In this document: piece by piece, positions 7,177-13,499 of the stretch
Layout: every line of letters begins with the position of its first letter
Numbering within the stretch: position 1 is the stretch's first letter
Source of the DNA: Amoebidium appalachense
Taxonomy: Eukaryota; Protista; Ichthyosporea
Assembly (NCBI GenBank): GCA_963693365.1
Contig: CAVNZM010000078.1
Coordinates: 1 to 13,499 of the forward strand
Length of the DNA: 13,499 nt
Direction: 5' to 3'
The notes under the pieces: generated by a model
Databases searched by the model: none
What the model was told of the DNA's origin: nothing
What the model saw: the letters and a program-made list of their open reading frames with translations, nothing else
Position numbers and translations under genes: made by a program

Positions 7177-8064
7177 TCACGATTTATTTTGCGGGGTGCC
7201 CGGGGTGGCCGGCACCCACACATTTTGCCACCCAGAGGGGAAAAGCATCCACAACCACTCACCCTGGGGGGAGTTGGGATCTTCAACTTCTAAATTCTTG
7301 CATACAGTATCTTTAACAGGCGGTGTGAGCGGGCTTGGGGATGGGTATGGGCTTGGTGGAAGAGATGTGCATGGTGGGGGTTGGGGAGAGAAATGGGTGT
7401 TTGTGTGGGCTTGTGGGGCAGGAACAAGTCTTCGGGGGGCCAAACCCGGTCGCAGCTGTCGTCTACGGCCAACAAGCCTCCTCGCGCAGCCGTCCACACC
7501 ATGCTGATGCTGCAGGACGAGTGTGTGGCAGTCGGCACACACGAGCACGGTGGCAGGGCGTGCAAAGACGTGCACGCAGTGTGGACAAGGACAGGAATGG
7601 AAGCGGAGGGGGAGGTCGGCGGCCACGTAGGCCTGGGGTGTGCCGGGCGAAGCTGGGCGGCGGCGGCAGCTGCACAAGGGGCAGTATTCGAGGGCGGGGG
7701 TGTACATGTCAGTGACAAGGTGGCGCAGGCGACCCGCACACATGTGAGCGAGAAAGGCCTCCGCATTGCGGTAGTGTGTGCATGCACAGACGGGGGAGGC
7801 ACATTCGGGCACGGGAGCGGGGAAGCCAACGTGCCACATGGCACATGCAGGGTTGTGCGGGGCCATGCGGTGGGCGGTGGGGAGGGGGTCTGGGATGTCG
7901 GGTATGCACGTGCATGGGACGGGTATGGTGGTCAGCAGGGAGTAGACGGCATTCCAAGCCCGCCGACGCTGTGTGTTGATATAGTTGTGGGTGCGACGGG
8001 CGATGCGGAAGGCACAGTGGGTGCCGCTACGGCATGTGTCGCAGCAGCCGGGGAGGCCGGGCAT
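7177..8064 (-). CDS. Hypothetical Cys/His-rich, probably multi-zinc-binding protein (up to 295 aa; 3' end uncertain)
   Basis: ATG 8064. Clusters CCDTC..HC, CTC..H..C, CASPVCACTH..HMC, CPLCSC, HSCPCPHC and CADCH..HQH..C. The last ~80 aa are low-complexity and may be non-coding or intronic. Confidence 0.55.
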   Translation of the reverse strand: MPGLPGCCDTCRSGTHCAFRIARRTHNYINTQRRRAWNAVYSLLTTIPVPCTCIPDIPDPLPTAHRMAPHNPACAMWHVGFPAPVPECASPVCACTHYRNAEAFLAHMCAGRLRHLVTDMYTPALEYCPLCSCRRRPASPGTPQAYVAADLPLRFHSCPCPHCVHVFARPATVLVCADCHTLVLQHQHGVDGCARRLVGRRRQLRPGLAPRRLVPAPQAHTNTHFSPQPPPCTSLPPSPYPSPSPLTPPVKDTVCKNLEVEDPNSPQGEWLWMLFPSGWQNVWVPATPGTPQNKS

Positions 8065-8638
8065 GGGAGAAGAGTGAGTCGACAGCGAGGTGAAGCACGA
8101 ACTACACAGACGGGGAACACTTGTTGCCGCAAGGGTCAGGCAGTGGTCGCAGCCACAAACAAAATGGGTGATGGCGGGGAAGTGTTTTGCCTTCGTCTTG
8201 AGATGTGGGGTGTTGTGGTAACCGCAGACGGCACACGCGTCGGAGGAGCCGTCACAGACGCGAAGGTCTGTGCAACGAGTGCATTCACACCCTTCAACGG
8301 GCTTTGGGGGTGAAGGGAGGGGAGGGGGGTGGGTGGGGGAGTGGGGAGTTCATGTTTTGCAAGGGTGGGTGAAGAGAAATCGCTGTGAGCGAAAGGTGAA
8401 AAAACGAAACCGATCGAGGTGAGAGTTGATGGGTGACACTGTTTGCCTGTCACACAATCTTCAATTAAAAAATGTCATTGCATCATGGAAATCTCCCACA
8501 AGCGACAAAAACAGTGGGGTTTATTGAAACAATATTTACAGGGCAAGCCGCGGTACGGAATGCGATTTAATCAGACAAGATCGATAAACCCCCCTTCTCC
8601 TCAGCGATCAAAGGGTGATTATCAGATGTCAAACGATC

Positions 8639-8745
8639 TGATTGGTCAGCTTTTTATCACGTGACATGATAAGATTATTACACATTTGATGGCACGCGCG
8701 CAATGTTTAGCGGCTATTGTTGATGATTATGTAGGTGTATATAAA
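8639..8745 (+). promoter_or_regulatory. Pol II-type promoter: CCAAT (reverse), E-box, TATA
   Basis: TGATTGG 8639-8645, ATCACGTGAC 8656-8665, TATATAAA 8738-8745, followed by Kozak-like GCCATGG at 8768-8774. Confidence 0.6.
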
Positions 8746-8770
8746 GACTGAAATCCCAACAGAAGAGGCC

Positions 8771-9082
8771 ATGGCGCAAACACAAAATCACAAACCGGCT
8801 GCGCTTACGATGCCGAAGCTAAACGGAGCAAAGCCCAAACCCACCAGTACAAGCGCGCCCAAACCGGCTGCGCTTACGATGCCGAAGCTAAACGGAGCAA
8901 AGCCCAAACCCACCAGTACAAGCGCACTCAAGCCAGCTAAAAAAAAGTATGTATCCCAGGACAAGTGCCCTAACAACTCCAAATCGTGCAAGCTTGCACG
9001 GCGCTGCCCCGTGTGCACAGGACTCGTGCGACGCATCCATCCGTACATGTCCGCCCAACCTAAAGACTCCGATCCATCCTGA
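8771..9082 (+). CDS. Small Lys/Pro/Ala-rich basic protein with a C-terminal Cys4 motif (103 aa)
   Basis: Kozak-context ATG 8771 downstream of a TATA box; two 23-aa repeats KPAALTMPKLNGAKPKPTSTSA(P/L); KKK; C-x6-C-x5-C-x2-C. Confidence 0.6.
   Translation: MAQTQNHKPAALTMPKLNGAKPKPTSTSAPKPAALTMPKLNGAKPKPTSTSALKPAKKKYVSQDKCPNNSKSCKLARRCPVCTGLVRRIHPYMSAQPKDSDPS
8791..8925 (+). repeat. 69-bp-period in-frame tandem duplication (66 bp identical)
   Basis: 8791-8856 is identical to 8860-8925. Confidence 0.95.
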
Positions 9083-9986
9083 AGCACGCGCACACTTCGT
9101 GTCCGGCCGGGGTGTCCTGGCGCTCCGGCATGGCATAGAAGAAGGACTTGGGCTCCAGGGGCAACTGGCGTATGCCGGCAAAGTCCTTCTCGAGGGAGCG
9201 ACCCAGCTTCCTCAGGTCGCGCAGCTGGGGGTCCTTGTGGGTGCTGCTGGCTGGGACGCCGTGTGGATGGGGTACGTCAACATCCAGAGCCTCAAGGGCG
9301 CGCGAGAGAAACGTGTAGAGGTGCAACGTGTTGATGTCGAGCGCAGACGCTATCGAAACGCCCGTGTCTATATTGATGCGCTGGGCAAGCACCTTGAAAA
9401 CCAGCGCCTCGGCGTGCGGGGCGCAGATGTTGCGGGTCTTGAAGCGTGAAGTGACTTGCACATTGGCCACCTTTTCAAGGATGGTCACCAGGCTGTGGAC
9501 GTCAAGCACGGATGTCGAGCTGAGTGTGGCCACCAGGAAACCGACAAAGGTAGCGCGAATGTGGCGGGTGGCATCCAGAGGGGTGGTGGAAGGGGGCGCG
9601 CCGCGGGTCTTCTCATAGAGCCGGGTTTCGTGCAAGTGCAGCTCCTTGTTGCGGGCGCTGTTAAACCATCCCAGAAAATCGAGGGCCAGGGGGGACTCGT
9701 ACAAGACCTGGGTGGTCAGGTGAAGAAACGCAGCGGGCGAGACCAGCATGAAGTTGCCCTCCTTGTAGTAGTGCGGGGAACCCTGTAGGAATCACCAAGT
9801 ATCAGCATGGATTGAGTATGGCGGGGGTGGGTCCCCCTTAATCGGTTCCGAGAACACGGGGAAGAGATAGTCAAGGACACTGAGAAAGAACATGCCCACG
9901 CAAAACGCCACCGTAGCCACGACCACTATGGTGCCCGGATCCACCATTTAGTAGGGGTGTCGATAAAGTGTCGGTGGAAGCTTCAA

Positions 9987-10039
<53 letters not shown>

Positions 10040-10068
10040 AAGCCTTGTGTGTGTGTGTGTGTGATGTG

Positions 10069-10106
<38 letters not shown>

Positions 10107-10983
10107 AAGCCTTGTGTGTGTGTGTGTGTGTGTGTGTGGAAGCCTTGTGTGTGTGTGTGTGTGTGTGTGTGGAAGCCTTGTGTGTGTGTGTGGGGGGGGG
10201 GGGGGGGCCTCCTACCGCTTCTGTGCCTGGTACATCACGGGCGTTTGCGATTTTGGCCTGATCGAGACGGTCGCGTATCTCATCGATGTCCCTGAAGCCG
10301 AGAAGCGCACAGATGCTACCAGCGTCGAGGTAGGAGAGCTGCTCTTTGCTAGCTGCAAAAGGGAGCGTGCAGCTGATGAACGGTACAAGGCACAACGGGC
10401 TAAGTCTGTCGAGCGCCTCGCCCAACATCTGTGAAACAGGCAGGGGTGCAAGATGGCGCCTCCAATCACCAGCAGTGGCGAGGGCTTTGATTTCACCAGG
10501 TGGCTTTTTGGTCATTGAGATGTTAGCGCGCGAGCGCTTCCATTGTCTCGTATCGGAATCCTGGTTCTCGGCAGACCTGAGCCGGCCAAACCATGTTGTT
10601 GCTGGCGTGGTTGTGGTGGGTGGCAGCGTGGGGGCGTGAGAGGAGACCGCTTGCAGATGCAGACGTGCGGGAACAGGACGCGCCGGAGAGGGGGGGATTG
10701 TCTCGCCGCAGACCATGTCGAAGTCGAAGACGTGGTGCTGGCCGTGGCTCTTAGCCGTCGTCGGGGTGGGCGCATGGAGCATGGAGCCGTCACCTAGTTG
10801 GTTGTCAAAAGCAGCAAAATCGTCGGACGTCAGCGGAATGAAGTCGGTACTCTGTATGATGTCCAGGTCGGGTTGTGGGGTGGGTGGAAACGTGAAGGTG
10901 TTGAATACGGCCGGCTGGGAGACAGGCGCAGCGCCAGGAGCGCCGATTTCCATCGCGGTGTGCAGTGTCTGTGACATGTACAT
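9060..10983 (-). CDS. Two-exon BRO-N-like DNA-binding protein, ~496 aa; exons 10983-10216 and 9782-9060
   Basis: Phase-0 splice gives ...DVPGTEA|GSPHYYKEGNFMLVSPAAFLHL. The joined region YLDAGSICALLGFRDIDEIRDRL...MLVSPAAFLHLTTQVLYESPLALDFLGWF resembles the BRO-N pattern (FxAxDVxxxLGY...IsexGLYxL...PxAxxFxxW). Disordered N-terminus with basic KRSR..KK. Confidence 0.65.
9783..10215 (-). other. Spliceosomal GT-AG intron (433 nt) containing a microsatellite
   Basis: Donor GCG|GTAGGA at 10215; branch-like GCTGAT ~20 nt before acceptor TTCCTACAG|G at 9783; removal fuses two ORFs in frame. Confidence 0.7.
9991..10207. repeat. Compound (GT)n microsatellite punctuated by GGAAGCCTT, ending in G16
   Basis: Four GGAAGCCTT units between GT tracts; G run 10192-10207. 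Confidence 0.97.
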
Positions 10984-11673
10984 TTTGTATGTGTCACCTG
11001 AGTGTCTGTGGTTGTAGAATGATGGCAGAGGCCTACGAGATGTTGACTTAAATAGCTGGCTGCGCCACCTGGTGAGCCAATTGAGAACATGTTTTTTTAT
11101 TGGTTATTGAATGACCAATCGAAACAACCGGTGATACAATTGGATGCTGCATTTGTTCCTGGAGTGCACGCGATTGGCAGTAACGCTTGATTGGCTTTTT
11201 GGTGATCTCAGTATTGGGAGTGAGTGCAAAAGGACTGAAGCCATTTCGGAGCCCTTGACTGCCTAAATGTTTACAAATATACCATGAACTCTTTGGCGCA
11301 GCAATCCATTTTCTCTCTCGCGATTTTGCTTGAATTAAATCGTGTTTTACGCATCTACGCATCTATCCCCCCACCAAATAACGGCTTCCAAGAGAACATT
11401 TGGAAATCCAGGTTAGGCCAATCAAATTCTACCGAAAACCGATTGGATGAAGTCTCAGCCCCAAGAGAACAATTTGCATATTGATGAACCCATGATGGAA
11501 AGTCTCACGCTTATGCACCCACCATGAAAAATACAATTCAAGATTTTTTGCATTTATTGTAATTACAATTGAGAGCTTATGTTGCACAGGTTATTCCCAC
11601 GTACAGCGCAGAACTACATGATGCAGATGGCCCATCATCCCCAGCGCCAACCAAGTCTATTTAAGTAAGCGGA

Positions 11674-11692
11674 TGACGTCAAAATGACGTCA
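11674..11692. promoter_or_regulatory. Tandem CRE-like palindromes (TGACGTCA x2)
   Basis: TGACGTCA at 11674-11681 and 11685-11692, 11-bp period. Confidence 0.45.
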
Positions 11693-11852
11693 ACGCATAT
11701 GATGACATATCTACTCTGATAACAAAGAACACCCGCCGGCAGGCGCGCTGGCGCTGCGCTCTAGCGCTGCACAGCCTGACACAATTCCGAGCAAGCACAC
11801 ACACACACACAACTCAATTCTAATTTATAATAGCGCTATCATCGGTAAGTAG

Positions 11853-12170
<318 letters not shown>

Positions 12171-12218
12171 CACTAACGCAACACAGCCTGACACAACCGA
12201 GCCACCAGCGCTACACAA

Positions 12219-12221
<3 letters not shown>

Positions 12222-12260
<39 letters not shown>
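12222..12260. repeat. (CA)n microsatellite, ~19 units
   Basis: Seen directly. Confidence 0.97.
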
Positions 12261-12262
<2 letters not shown>

Positions 12263-12361
12263 GAAAGCTACACTACTACGAAGCTACGAAAGCTACGCTA
12301 CACACAACTCTAGCGCTATACACTAACACCCCCAATCGACCAGCGCTACACAACTCTCATA

Positions 12362-13351
12362 TCACTCACTATCACTGTCCGCAATCACCACAACATCAAC
12401 GGGGCCCTCGGGCTTCTGCAGGCGGGCGACCTTGCGCTTCCGCCCCAGCCGCCCGCGCTGCACATACACGTCCAGCTGGGTCTGCCCCTTGAGCTGCTCG
12501 CCGCGCTCCACCAGCGGCTCGTTGAGGCTGACGGTGCGCCCGAGCTCCAGCGGCTCGATGTCGGGGAACTTGTCCTGGATGGCCTCCAGCCACGACGCCA
12601 GCTCGACGTGCACCTCGTACTCGGCAGCGCCCGTGTCCGCGTTGTTGATGGTCGACTGGCGCAGCACCGGCGCCTTGCAGTACTCGACGTACCAGCGCGT
12701 GTAGTTGTAGACAAAGGTGTACAGCTGCTGCGTGGTCATGTCGGTCGAGTACTTGGGCTCCTCGCCGGTCCACAGCCGGATGCGCTCCTTCATGGCCTTC
12801 TGCAGCCCGGTGGTGGCGATGATGTTGGAAATCTCCCCCGACTGGAACACAAAGCACACGCCCGTGGTGGCCATGATCATGCCCGTGTACGTGCTGGCGC
12901 AGCGCACGCCGTCGCCGTACAGCGTGTCCACGCACAGATACGCAAAGGCGCGCGTCAGGCGCTTGAACTTATGGTTGTCCGTGTACGTGCCGCCGGTTGT
13001 GAGAGGCATGCGGTTCGGGAGGGTGAGTGGTTCGAGCTTGACGCGGGCGAGAGCGGCAGCGAGGGTGGCGAGCGCCTCAGCCTGGGCGGCCTCCGCGGCC
13101 TCCTTGGCTAACTCGGCAGCCAATTTGTCGCCCATGGCCTGTTCCCGCTCGGCGGCCACAGCGGCCGCGTTTGCTTCGGACGCAGCAAGGGTGGCGCGCA
13201 TGGCGGAGAGAGCTTCATCCTTGTGGGTGGCAGCCATGCGAGCAAAGGCATTCTTGACACCAAGAACCCACACACGGATGATGTTGCCGACTAGGGCTGG
13301 AGACGCAAGAGCAGCAACAAGGAAGCCATCGGCAGTCAACAGGTGATCCAT
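12362..13351 (-). CDS. AntA/MSV199-like (phage antirepressor-related) partial domain, coiled coil and unknown C-terminal domain; 329 aa from ATG 13351, possibly 5'-incomplete
   Basis: In-frame STGGRPGMDHLLTADGFLVAALAS..VGNIIRVWVLGVK resembles the C-half of AntA/MSV199 domains (GGRP..dY.LT.d....G...R.yfi..E). Ala/Glu-rich coiled coil; very high GC3; NLS-like GRKRK. Confidence 0.7.
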   Translation of the reverse strand: MDHLLTADGFLVAALASPALVGNIIRVWVLGVKNAFARMAATHKDEALSAMRATLAASEANAAAVAAEREQAMGDKLAAELAKEAAEAAQAEALATLAAALARVKLEPLTLPNRMPLTTGGTYTDNHKFKRLTRAFAYLCVDTLYGDGVRCASTYTGMIMATTGVCFVFQSGEISNIIATTGLQKAMKERIRLWTGEEPKYSTDMTTQQLYTFVYNYTRWYVEYCKAPVLRQSTINNADTGAAEYEVHVELASWLEAIQDKFPDIEPLELGRTVSLNEPLVERGEQLKGQTQLDVYVQRGRLGRKRKVARLQKPEGPVDVVVIADSDSE

Positions 13352-13410
13352 ACCAGGACGGCCTCCGGTACTCTGTGTGGAAAACTGTTCAGCTCTGATA
13401 CAAAAACGTG

Positions 13411-13431
13411 GTGACGTCACACAGCCAATCA
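13411..13431. promoter_or_regulatory. CRE palindrome plus CCAAT box
   Basis: GTGACGTCAC (13411-13420) next to AGCCAATCA (13423-13431), 60-80 nt upstream of ATG 13351. Confidence 0.5.
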
Positions 13432-13499
13432 AAACTTTGCAGCTCCGATCCAAAAAAGTGATAACGTCACCATCAAGATATCGGATACGTCATTATGAC

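Noticed and set aside
6809-7507. ORFs rich in HT/CV dipeptides (6809-7180, 6903-7286, 6920-7507, 6937-7293, 6957-7316)
   Set aside because: Translations of the (GT)n microsatellite, not proteins.
7381-8313. 310-aa plus-strand ORF
   Set aside because: Gly/Ala/Val-rich antisense shadow of the Cys/His ORF with no motif; not fully excluded.
9871-10215. THTH-rich C-terminus of the 370-aa ORF and the opposite-strand CV-rich ORFs
   Set aside because: Better explained as intron and microsatellite read-through.
11845-11851. Plus-strand splice-donor-like GGTAAGT before the (GT)58 tract
   Set aside because: No convincing upstream coding exon or downstream acceptor/exon found; cannot be supported without transcript data.

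Overview
Eukaryotic-style DNA: long (GT)n/(CA)n microsatellites, CCAAT/E-box/CRE/TATA motifs in the intergenic spaces, and one well-supported GT-AG intron. It carries a compact cluster of mostly intronless genes typical of viruses and mobile elements, most consistent with an endogenous viral element or virus-derived island in a microbial eukaryote (inference; no capsid, polB or integrase gene is visible). Left to right: a PD-(D/E)XK nuclease; a D5-like/DUF5906 SF3 helicase with no recognisable primase domain; a divergent ORF; a putative myristoylated F-box/LRR-like protein; two hypothetical proteins (one Cys/His-rich); a small Lys-rich Cys4 protein; an intron-split BRO-N-like protein; and an AntA/MSV199-like coiled-coil protein. 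The main discovery is a three-gene module at 1-3531. (i) Past a single-base frameshift in a C9 run, the nuclease continues into a domain that is a clear paralog of the helicase's C-terminal winged-helix-like domain. (ii) The ORF on the other side of the helicase is an ungapped paralog of the nuclease with the catalytic residues replaced (a pseudo-nuclease). (iii) Hairpins and a 60-bp direct repeat bracketing a hairpin lie within and next to the module and are candidate origin or target sites. All family assignments come from motif recognition by eye, not database searches.
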